Shown here: piece by piece, positions 1-11,200 of the stretch
Layout: each line of letters opens with the position of its first letter
Position numbering within the stretch: position 1 is the first letter of the stretch
Assembly (NCBI GenBank): GCA_002269645.1
Contig: NIVC01001180.1
Location: 124,001-188,000, forward strand
Reading direction: 5' to 3'
Source: Macrostomum lignano
Lineage: Eukaryota
Length of the DNA stretch: 64,000 nucleotides
Notes under the pieces: generated by a model
Told to the model about the DNA's origin: nothing
Database searches by the model: none
Seen by the model: only the letters and a program-made list of their open reading frames with translations
Program-made: the position numbers and the translations under genes

Positions 1-125
1 CAAAAAAACACAATTCTCAAGGTACGCACAGGACACAGTCCCCTGTAGGTGTAGAAATCAATCTTGGACGCCCGAACGGTATTAAATGAATTGAAGCCAG
101 AAAATACGCACCAAATACTACTTAC

Positions 126-1691
126 CAGCTTATCGGGCGTTCTAACATCATTTTCCACGCCATCTAAGCAGTTGATACTCTCGGGATGCGCAGCCACAAA
201 GCCTCCGCGGCCGGCGCCGCAGCTAATAGCCTCGCCGCTTAACTGGATTGGACGGCCAATCTCATCGAATAGTTGCAGTTCGGTCAGGCCGATATAGTAC
301 AGATCGCCGTGCGTATTTAATAGATTCAATTGGTAGACGAAACCGCAAGGCAGGCTGCCGGCTTGTTGATAATCGTCGTTGCCAACAGTCACAGGAGTTG
401 CCGTTGCCGAAGGCTGGCGGATCAGATCGGCCAGGGCGATTTCTTGCACAAAATTATAATAATCATGGCCTGGCGCCTTGCGAATTAATAGGCCGAGCTC
501 CGGCGACAGGTAGCGGCCGTCTAATTGAATGTGCATTACCTGAATTGTGAATTGGCGAATTGATATGATGGTTGAACTGAGTATGGGGGAGAGACTGGGA
601 GATGGGGAATCGGGTATGGGAATTTGGAATTTGGTATGGGAGATGGGGAATTTGGTATGGAAGATGGGGAATCAGGTATGGGAGATGGGGAATGGGGTAT
701 GGGAATTGGGTATGGGAATTTGGAATTTGGTATGGGAGAGGGGGAATTGGGTATGGGAGATGAGGAATTTGGTATGGAAGATGGGGAATTGGGTATGGGA
801 GATGAGGAATTTGGTATGGAAGATGGGGAATTGGGTATGGGAGATGGGGAATTGGGTATGGGAGATGGGGAATTGGGTATGGGAGATGGGGAATTGGGTA
901 TGGGAGATGGGGAATTTGGTATGGAAGATGGGGAATCAGGTATGGGAGATAGGGAAGGGGTATGGGAGGTGGGGAATGGGGTATGGGAGATGGGAATTGT
1001 GTATGGGAGATGGGGAATCGGGATGGGATGCATCGTTAGCAATACATAAATAGGCTTACCTTAACGCCTCTGTAAGAATCCTCGGGAGATTTATTATAAT
1101 TCCACAGACGCAGAGTGAGCAGCTGAGCAGGCCTATCCAGGGTCACAGTGATGGTGTGATCGTCACCTTTAGTGAATGGCACCAGCCACATGTTAACATC
1201 ATCGGTAGTACTATTGACCCCATTAACCAGTTTGTCCAGAGTTCGCTCGTCGGCCTCGCAGCCGGGCACAACTCGCATATCGCGCGGCTCGGCACTCAGC
1301 TGATCTGGGCGAATTGGAACCGACTGACCAGTGGAGTCAACCAGCTCCAGGCCAGTCAGGCCGATGTAGTGAGGATCGGACCAGGTGTCCACGAGGTTCA
1401 GCGTCAGCTGCTGGCCTTGGACGGCGTACATTTTCGGCGCGGCAGCGGCCGCCGCCGAGGTCACGGGACGGTCGGGCGCCGCTGCTGAGGACTTGGACGA
1501 GCCGGGCACGGGCACAATGTCCAGTTCGGCTAGACGCTTCTGGCGCTGCTCGTCGGAGTCCCGAGTTCTCGGCCGATGCGTCATTGGCGCGGTGTCCGGC
1601 TCGGTCTCCAGGTCCTGAGGGGGCGGGCGGGGTACTCGTATTACAATAGTAGTGGTAGTACGAGCTAGTAGTAGTAGTAGTAGAGTAGTAG

Positions 1692-1762
<71 letters not shown>

Positions 1763-1797
1763 AGTAGTAGAGTAGTAGTAGTAGTAGTAGAGTAGTA

Positions 1798-1896
<99 letters not shown>

Positions 1897-4800
1897 AGTA
1901 GTAGAGTAGTAGTAGTAGTAGTAGAGTAGTAGAGTAGTAGTAGTAGTATCAATAGTAGTAGTATACTACTTAGCACTATAGAAGTAGCTTACTAAACTAT
2001 AATTCAATGGAGAAAAGCATGGCCAAATCACCTGCAGACTGAGGTCATTGTGCCAGACCCGCTCCAAGATGGCGTCGTCCTCAGTAAACAATATAGTCTC
2101 GTCGTTGCCGCGGGCAATTTCGCCGTAGAAGATTCGAATACCGTCAAGAGCGACGTCGATTAGTTTGGCGCCGCGAGACGAGTGCACCCGGGATTTGTTA
2201 TAGTTCCACACCCGCATGATGGCCAGCTGCACCGGCTCGGCGAAGGTCACGTAGACGTGATGACCTCGGCCGGGCGTGAACGGGCACAGCCACATGTGCA
2301 CCTCGTCGAATGTCCGATTGACGCCGTCGATAAGGTTGGCAACAACCCGGGGATCTGAGTCGTACTCGGGCAGCACGTTGATGTCGGCCGGATCGGCCGA
2401 GATGTCGATAATGCGGACCGGGTCGCCGGCGGAGCTGAAAAACTCCAGGCCGGTGAGGCCAACATAGTGCGGATCCCCCAGGTGTCCAGGATGTTCAGGT
2501 GCAACAGCTGACCGGCCGGCAGCTCCGGGATCACGAAGCCGTTGGTTTCGATGTCGTCCGATCCGACCGCGGTTGATGGCGGCGGCGGCTGCTCAACTGG
2601 CGCTGGCGCTGCGGCTGCTGCGGAGGCTGAGCGGGAGACGTCAGACGGGCGGCCCGCTGCAGAAGGCTGTCCAAAGCGTCGCCCTCCGGCCGGGTGTCCA
2701 GCCGGCCAGCCGTCAGCTTGTTGAACTGATTCAACGAGGCCCAGGATTTCTCTAGATCGGCCCGAGCTCCAGCGTAGGCGTCGTTGCCGTCGTCGTCTTT
2801 GTTGTCGGTCAGTCGAGAGCGTCGGCCGAATTTCGGAGCCGGCGGCGCCGCCGCTGGAGCCTTCGACGACGACGTCGGAGGTTGCGCCGCCATGGTCAGG
2901 CTGAGCTCCTCGGCGGCGTTGACTGGCGCAGCTGAAGTGGCCGACGGCCGGGGCGACTCTCTGGGACTGTCGATGGAAGCTGTTGAAGCGGCGGCTGCGG
3001 CGGCGGCCGCTTTCTGCTCCTGACGACTGCGGCGCATCAGCCGGACCTTGTCCATCAGACAGGATGCGTCCTGGTCTTCGGCATCGTCGCCGAGCAGTCC
3101 GGGGTCGTCCAGGCCGCGAGTGGCGCAGCGAGGCGAGGCGGCGGCCAGTCGCGGCGTCTTGGCGTACTTCTTGTTGTGCCGCCTATTCAGCTCGGCGGCC
3201 GACTGTAATTCGTCGTCCTCATCGATTCGAACTCCGGCCTGCTTGGCCGACAAAGAAATCTTCTGGCCGAAATCGATGCCCTGCGAGCCGCAGCCTTTGT
3301 CCAGCTCGCCGTTGAACAGAGCCGGCCCGTTGTCAATGCTGATTTCAACTCGCCTGGCCCCAATATCCAGAGTCTGCAGGCTGCGATTGTAGTTCCACAC
3401 CTTGAGGCTGGCCGGCCGCTTGGCCATGTGCAGGTAAATATCCACAGGCTGGCCGGGTAGCAACGGGCAGGTCCACATGTTTCTCTCCTTATTAGTGAGG
3501 TAGCGGCCGTTGATAAGGCACTCCAGTACAACTGAAGGTCGTTTATTTTCGTCTAAACAGATTCGATCAATACGTATTTGACGGGCATCGGAATCGAAGC
3601 ACTGCAACTCGGTGAGGCCGATTAGGCCTGGGTGGCCCCAGTTCGAGTGCAGGCGGAGTCGGATCACGTGACCAACAGCGGCCTGCGCTGCCGGCTGCTG
3701 CTTAGGCGGCTGATTGGCCTCTGCAATCGCTTCGTTTGCTGTTGATTTAAAATAAAAATTTTTCTTGTTATGCGTTAATACTGCATAGAATTGATTGCAT
3801 CAACTACCTGAAATGCCAGACTAATTATCTACCTGAAATGCCAGACTAATTATCTACCTGAAAAGGTAAACTAATTATCTACCTGAAACGCCAGACTAAT
3901 TATCTACCTGGAACGGAAGACTAATTAACTACCATAAATGCCAGACTAATTATCTACCTGAAATGCCAGACTAGTTATCTACCTGAAATGCCAGACTAAT
4001 TATCTACCTGAAATGCCAGACTAATTATCTACCTGAAATGCCAGACTAATTATCTACCTGAAATGTCAGACTAATTATTTACCTGAAATGTCAGACTAAT
4101 TATTTACCTGAAATGCCAGACTAGTTATTTACCTGAAATACCAGACTAGTTATCTACCTGAAATACCAGACTAATTATTTACCTGAAACGCCAGACTAGT
4201 TATCTACCTGAAATACCAGACTAATTATTTACCTGAAATGTCAGACTAATTATTTACCTGAAATGTCAGACTAATTATTTACCTGAAATGCCAGACTAGT
4301 TATTTACCTGAAATGCCAGACTAGTTATCTACCTGAAATACCAGACTAATTATTTACCTGAAACGCCAGACTAGTTATCTACCTGAAATACCAGACTAAT
4401 TATTTACCTGAAATGTCAGACTAATTATTTACCTGAAATGTCAGACTAATTATTTACCTGAAATGTCAGACTAATTATTTACCTGAAATGTCAGACTAAT
4501 TATTTACCTGAAATGTCAGACTAATTATCTACCTGAAACGCCAGACTAGTTATCTACCTGAAATGCCAGACTAGTTATCTACCTGAAATGCCAGACTAAT
4601 TATCTACCTGAAAAGGTAAACTAATTATCTACCTGAAATGCCAGACTAGTTATCTACCTGAAATGCCAGACTAGTTATCTACCTGAAATGCCAGACTAGT
4701 TATCTACCTGAAATGCCAGACTAGTTATCTACCTGAAATGCCAGACTAGTTATCTACCTGAAATGCCAGACTAGTTATCTACCTGAAATGCCAGACTAAT

Positions 4801-5908
4801 TATCTACCTGGAACGGAAGACTAATTAACTACCTGAAATGGCAGACTAGTTATCTACCTGCAATGGCAGACTAATTCTCTACCTGAAGAGGCAGACTAAT
4901 CAACTACTTGAAATTCTAGACTAATTATCTACTTGAAATAGTAGGCTAATGAACTACCTGAAATTAACTACCTGAAATGGTCGCTAAATAAGCAAACTTA
5001 CCTAAATTAGCGGCAGATTTAGCCGGCTGCTGCTGCTGCTGATCAATATGAGCAAACGCCTGCATCAGTTTGTCCCTCTGACCGACAGACAGCTCCATAA
5101 TGCGCTGAATAATATAATCCAATTTGTGGCCTTCATCGTACGCTGGGCCGAGTGATTTCCTCAGCTGCAGCACAACCCGAGCGTCGCTACTAGCGCCGCC
5201 TCCGCCCACTTCATCGCCGACAACAGACCGAACGCTGTCCAATTCGCGGTCGAGTACGTCGCTGCCGTCATTGTCGTCGGTTGAACCGCTAGGCGGCGGC
5301 AGCTCCTCTTCGTCGATTTGACTAGCATCATCTTCGTTGCTGTCTCCGTTACCGCCGCCGCCAAGCTGCAGGATGCTCTGTCTGAGCGCGTGGACATCCC
5401 TAGCCGACAGTAGCAGCGACTCTGTTTGATCGTCGTCGTTTAAGTCGGCATCGTCAAAGTCCTGCTCGTATTTGTAGGGCGCCGGCACGTTCACTAGATC
5501 GCCAGTCTGGGTGCGGATGGTGATGTCCTGGTCGCCGGGTGCCCAGCCTTTGCGCGGCGGGGCTGCAGTTCGAGACCGCTGCTGCTGTTGTTGCTGCTGA
5601 GCCCTATTGCCAATTGAAGTCTTTGCTTTCCTACTTGTGTAGGCGGCTGCCGAATCAGCTGCGCCCGCGGCCAGACGGGCCGTCTTTTGCTGCTGTTGCT
5701 GCTGCAGCTGCTGGTTGCCGTGATTGGCTCCGCTAAAGTACAAACGGAAGCCCTGCTCCCGGTCGGCTTGCTGACGCCGTTTGGACCCCGAGGCGTCGGC
5801 GGCGGCGGCTGCTGCTGCCCGATTGCGAGCCGACTGCAGCACGTGGCTGTAATTTGACGGAATCTCCTGCTTGGCGTAGCGGATCTTCTCGCCGCCCCGG
5901 CCGCTCAT
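126..5908 (-). CDS. KATNIP: Katanin-interacting protein (KIAA0556/KATNIP, DUF4457 repeats) homolog; 3' end lies beyond the window start; two -1 frameshifts in exon 2
   Basis: Exons (minus) 5908-5002, 3720-2032, 1614-1060, 539-126, all GT-AG with consistent phases once 2 missing nt in exon 2 are restored. Recognisable KATNIP segments: EQGFRLYFSGAN, RKGW..ITIRTQTG, and repeated units xxWG(D/H)PxxxGLTxLE...WNYNKS (NLIDGVNRTFDEVHMWLCPF, LPCGFVYQLNLLNTHGDLYYIGLTEL, DVRTPDKL). Homology is from recalled family knowledge; no search was run. Confidence 0.93.
581..1030. repeat. Intronic G-rich minisatellite, ~21-bp unit GGGTATGGGAGATGGGGAATT
   Basis: Tandem units visible; lies inside KATNIP intron 1059-540. 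Confidence 0.95.
1645..1965. repeat. (AGT)n microsatellite
   Basis: Direct; inside KATNIP intron 2031-1615. Confidence 0.97.
3800..4976. repeat. Intronic 25-bp minisatellite CTACCTGAAATGCCAGACTAATTAT (~45 copies)
   Basis: Direct; fills most of KATNIP intron 5001-3721. Confidence 0.97.
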
Positions 5909-6059
5909 TGTGCGCTCTCTGCTTTGTTGCTTGGCTGTGTTGCTTTTTTTGCCGCTGTCACGTCTGTGGCTGCTAGGTAAGTTAATAATGGGTTGCTCTG
6001 ACTCTGACCACCTGAAATTAATATTGAAGACATGTTGAAGTGAGTTTTTACAACCTGAC

Positions 6060-6760
6060 GGGCTAGATTGAGTAGATGTTCTGAGAGAAGCCTGACTAGA
6101 TTGAGTAGACGCCCTGACAAAAGCCTGACTAGATTGAGTAGATGCTCTGACAGAAGCCTGACTAGATTGAGTAGATGCTCTGACAGAAGCCTGACTAGAT
6201 TGAGTAGATGCTCTGACATAAAGCCTGACTAGATTGAGTAGATGCTCTGACAGAAGCCTGACTAGATTGAGTAGATGCTCTGACAGAAGCCTGACTAGAT
6301 TGATTAGATGTTTTTGACAGAGGCCTGACTAGATTGATTAGATGTTTTTGACAGAGGCCTGACTAGATTGATTAGATCTTTTTGACAGAGGCCTGACTAG
6401 ATTGATTAGATCTTTTTGACAGAGGCCTGACTAGATTGAGTAGATGCTCTGACATAAAGCCTGACTAGATGCTCTGACATAAAGCCTGACTAGATGCTCT
6501 GACATAAAGCCTGACTAGATTGAGTAGATGCTCTGACAGAAGCCTGACTAGATTGAGTAGATGCTCTGACAGAAGCCTGACTAGATTGAGTAGATGCTCT
6601 GACAGAAGCCTGACTAGATTGAGTAGATGCTCTGACATAAAGCCTGACTAGATTGAGTAGATGCTCTGACATAAGCCTGACTAGATTGAGTAGATGCTCT
6701 GACAGAAGCCTGACTAGATCGAGTAGATGCTCTGACAGAAGCCTGACTAGATCGAGTAGA
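6060..6760. repeat. 33-bp minisatellite GACTAGATTGAGTAGATGCTCTGACAGAAGCCT
   Basis: Direct; upstream of a splice-acceptor-like site (TAG/CAG at 5974-5970) preceding the KATNIP ATG. Confidence 0.96.
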
Positions 6761-8171
6761 TGAGTACAATAGAGAGCAAGACAAAAGCACAGTATAGTAT
6801 ATAAGTATACTTTGCATTTGTATTCATATATAATTAGCTAATAAATAAGCTTGCAGAATATAAGATTAGAATAGATAGAAGTGAACGAGCTACAGAGGAG
6901 CAAATATGCTTATAATACATGTCAAGAAAGGAGATATGCAGCAAAAAGACACAAAAAGAAGAGCGAATAGAAAATAAAAAAGATCCAAACCATGCCGTCC
7001 GGTATGCCACAAAATAGTGAAAATACGAACGCCAAAAAACAAGCCCATTGAAAAATTAAAAACGCTATCAACACAAAAGTCCCACAGACAATTTTTACAG
7101 CGAAGGAAGCAAGGGTACTAAAAGTAGTCATCGAAGTTCTTAAAGCTGTTTTTTTAAACTAGACGGAAAATACAGCACAGAGGCAGGCAAGCACGGAACT
7201 GGTTTTGTAACAATAGCTAAAAAAGGCAATACCCTTTCAGTTTGACAAAAGCAAGTTGCCTACAGCAGAAAAACCTAAATACAAATATTGTAATGTAAAA
7301 AAATGTATGAACATTATTTTGGAGACAAAACAACAACAACAACAAAGACACGCGGGCCGAGTCCAAGCGAAATCGTTCATTCAGGCAAATCTGCACAAGA
7401 AAAATTACACCGAGTTACCCGCGAATAAAAATTTTTTTTGGCAAAAAATACTACTACTGCTACTGATGAAATATGAGTAGTGTAGAAAGGTTCGAGAAGG
7501 AAAGTTGAGAAATTAGTCGAATTGAATTTTTAAAAAATTCACCCGCTGAGGGAAACAAAGCAAAAACTGTGGGGATTAAAAATAGGGGAAGGGGACAGAC
7601 AAAAATGCCAAGCAAAAAGCAGCAATGCCAGATGGCCTAATTTGTCAAATTGTCGATTAAAACTCTCACTTCGATGACAGAAATGACAAGAAAAGTTCAA
7701 CAATAGAAAGCGTTGTATGCGAATTTTTTAAAGACGAGAGAGCACAATTCACAGCCTCGTTTCGCAGAAAAGGCCGATTTTATATATTATCCTATAGATC
7801 ATTCATTTGAAAACAAACACCTTGATAGGTAGGAGTTTTAATAAAACAAAACAACAAATATGAACAGTTTTATTGAGTTTGAACTGCTCTGAAAATGATG
7901 CAATTATTCATTTTACATTTGAAAATTATCACAGATAACAAACAGCTAAAATGTTGGGCCAGACCCGCTGATCAAAACAAAAATTATCTTTCTAACTACT
8001 GCAAGTAACCCACCGATGCGGACATGCATAGAAGAGGTGACATTGAAGTGAAGGCGTGAACTACTGTGTGTACCATAGTGAATTTAGCAACAATTAGTGA
8101 CAAACAATATTTCTAGTGAGAACTAATATACTAATATAACTATTATCCTTGAAGCTGATAACAAAATTATA

Positions 8172-8177
8172 TTTATT
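8172..8177 (-). terminator. Candidate polyadenylation signal AATAAA of the CCDC88 gene
   Basis: TTTATT on plus, ~120 nt after the stop codon; a second copy at 7869-7874. Confidence 0.5.
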
Positions 8178-8297
8178 TAATTTTTAAAACACAAACAAAT
8201 TCAAATTCGCGCTAATAAAAAGAATTTGAAACAGCGCCAAATTTTGAATTGCACTCGATTCTATAGCGTGTGTTTGGCTGAGCAGCATCAATAGAGT

Positions 8298-11200
8298 TTA
8301 TAAGCAGCCGTGATCTAACCAGAGAGAATTGCGATTGCCACCATCTCTGTTGCTGCTACTACTATTAGTAGCGCGCTGGTGATGATGGTCAGAACTGGCG
8401 GACACTTTCGGCTCAAATGTGGCCGATCTGGGCAGGCCGGCACCGGCGCCGGCTCGGGGCGGCAGCTGAGGCTGTTGCTGCTGCTGCATCGAACCGGAAC
8501 CGGAACCATCCGAAGCGCCGCTGCCCTGCCTACGAGGCGGAACCGGATGTTGCTGCTGTTGCGGAGCGGGTTGTTGGCCAGAGAATATAGTCCGCCTCAG
8601 CTGCAGCTGAACAGATGACGGAGCGATGTTGCCAATAATCTGAGGCCCGGGCGTCATGGAGCGCATCGCCGAATTTCGGCCAGTTGAATTGGCTGCGGCA
8701 GCCACTACAGCCGAGGGCAGCTGCTGGGGCGTCACGGATCGAGCTGGGACGCTGGGAGCGGCGCTGCTACCGCCGCCCCCGCCGCTTCGGCCAATCGCTA
8801 TGTAGGGCTTGTGACCGGGCAGGCCGGCCGACTCTCGTCTGGGCGGCGGAGCCTGCGGCGGCGGCTGCTGCTGGCTATCAAAACTGTGGCCGCGTTCGTG
8901 AACAAAAATCTCATTCTTCTCGTAGCGCTCCGTGGATGGCAGACGACTGGACGCGACTGAGGCGGTTGGCGACGGGGGCACAGCGGCCTGCTGATGCTGC
9001 GGGAGGAAGGAGGTTTTAGAGAGTAAAGTTTTTAAAGTCGTTACAGGCTACTCATAGTAACGGTAGGCTAAAGAAAATCCTTAATTGACTGAATGGAACA
9101 ATTGATGGACCAGAGGATAGCCATCATTTTCTACTGCCTGACTGTCTGCCTCTTTGTTCTTAGTTTCTGTCTGACTGTCTTAGTGTCTTAGTGTCTGTCT
9201 GTCTGTTTTAGTGTCTTAGTGTCTGTCTGCCTGTCTTAGTGTATTAGTGTCTGTCTTAGCGTCTGTCTGCCTGTCTTAGTGTCTGTCTGACTGTCTTTTA
9301 GTGTCTTAGTGTCTTAGTGTCTTAGTGTCTGTCTGTCTCTCTGTTTGTCTGTCTGTCTGCCTGCCTGCCTTCCTGCCCGATTGCCTGCTTGTTTCAATCT
9401 CAAATCCATCCCAGGCCAACCTGATGATGCGACATGGCGGGCGTCGGAGTTGACGTCCCGGCACGTCGCCGATTAACAGGCGGAGTCGGTGGCAATTGTC
9501 GACGAATCGGCGAGCCGAGGGCGCTGGCCGACCGACGCTCCGGCGGCGGCTGGAACCCGCCAGTATCGTCGTCGTCATTGTCTCGACGGCCGTCGGTTGA
9601 GTCGGCGCCGTTTCTGGTGAATAAGCGGCGCGGTTGTGTCGGAAATTGAATGAAGTGTATAATAATATTCAAAAGTGTTGCGGGCACTCTGTCGCTAAGC
9701 CTTCGGCGACATCATCCCGCAAACAGCTCTGAGGCAATCTGCTCATTCCGCAGAATCCTGAGCACACACAAGCGCGTCAATACTGTACTCAGGCACAGCA
9801 CTCACACACGCTCTAATCGTCAGGCACTCAAACCTGAAATCGTTTACCGCTGAGCACTCAAACAAAATAGTGCTATACCCCCTGACTCAACCTGACTGAC
9901 CACGCGATACTGCATCAGTGCAGATAACTTAACCCCTTCGCCTCTCACCTAGTCAGAGCGAGACTCTTTGGCGGAGAGGCATTCCGCGCCAGGCCAGCGG
10001 CAGCAGTAGACGATGTCGAAGTCGGAGGCGGCGCCTCGCTGCATAGGAACTCTTCAACCCGCATTAGCCGGTCCTCCTGCTGCTGTGCCCGCTGCCGCTG
10101 CAGCTGGTGATGCCCGGCCGACACTATCGAGGATTCGCCCGCGATGCTGCCGGGACCGCCCGCGATGCTGCCGGGACCGCCCGCGATGCTGCCGCCGCAG
10201 TTTGGCAGCAGATCGAATATGCTGGAGTGACGCGGCTCGAATCTCTGCTGCTGCTGCTGGTACTGCTGATGGTATTGTGGCTGCGGCTGCTGCTGTGGCT
10301 GCTGGTCAAACTGGCCATTCGAACTGGCAGGAGGCGTGAAAATCTCTTTAGCCTTAGCCAGTATAGCCCGGCCTTTGCCCTTCGATGCGCCACTCTTAGC
10401 CGGAGAATAAGCCTTATATTGGTCCATGATTTTGTCTTCTAAGCGCTCCTTCTGGCGCTGCAAAGCAATCAGGCGTTCGCGCAGTGTGCGCTCTTCGATG
10501 TTGTAATTGTCCTTGAACTGCAGGGTCTGCGTTAGCAGCTCCTGATTCTGGGTTAGCAACAGCCGCTGCTCGCCCATCAAAGTGGATTTCTCCTGGTTTA
10601 ACTGCTGATTCTGGGTCTCGAGCTGGGCGATCTGCGTGTGAATAAAAAAGGGAAAATTGATAAACCAATCAGCTGATTGATAAACTGACAATCGCTAACA
10701 AATCAGCTGATTGATAAACTGAAAATCGATAAACCAATCAGCTGATTGATAAACTGACAGTCGATAAACCAATCAGCTGATTGATAAACTGAAAATCAAT
10801 AAACCAATCAGCTGATTGATAAACTGACAGTCGATAAACCAATCAGCTGATTGATAAACTGACAGTCGATAAACCAATCAGCTGATTGATAAACTGACAG
10901 TCGATAAACCAATCAGCTGATTGATAAACTGAAAATCAATAAACCAATCAGCTGATTGATAAACTGACAGTCGATAAACCAATCAGCTGATTGATATACT
11001 GAAAATCAATAAACCAATCAGCTGATTGATAAACTGACAGTCGATAAACCAATCAGCTGATTAATAAACTGACAATCGATAAACCAATCAGCTGATTGAT
11101 AAACTGACAGTCGATAAACCAATCAGCTGATTGATATACTGAAAATCAATAAACCAATCAGCTGATTGATAAACTGACAGTCGATAAACCAATCAGCTGA

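Noticed and set aside
536-1976. WEMGN/SPIPN-repeat ORFs and the poly-Tyr ORF
   Set aside because: Intronic minisatellite and (AGT)n translations within KATNIP introns.
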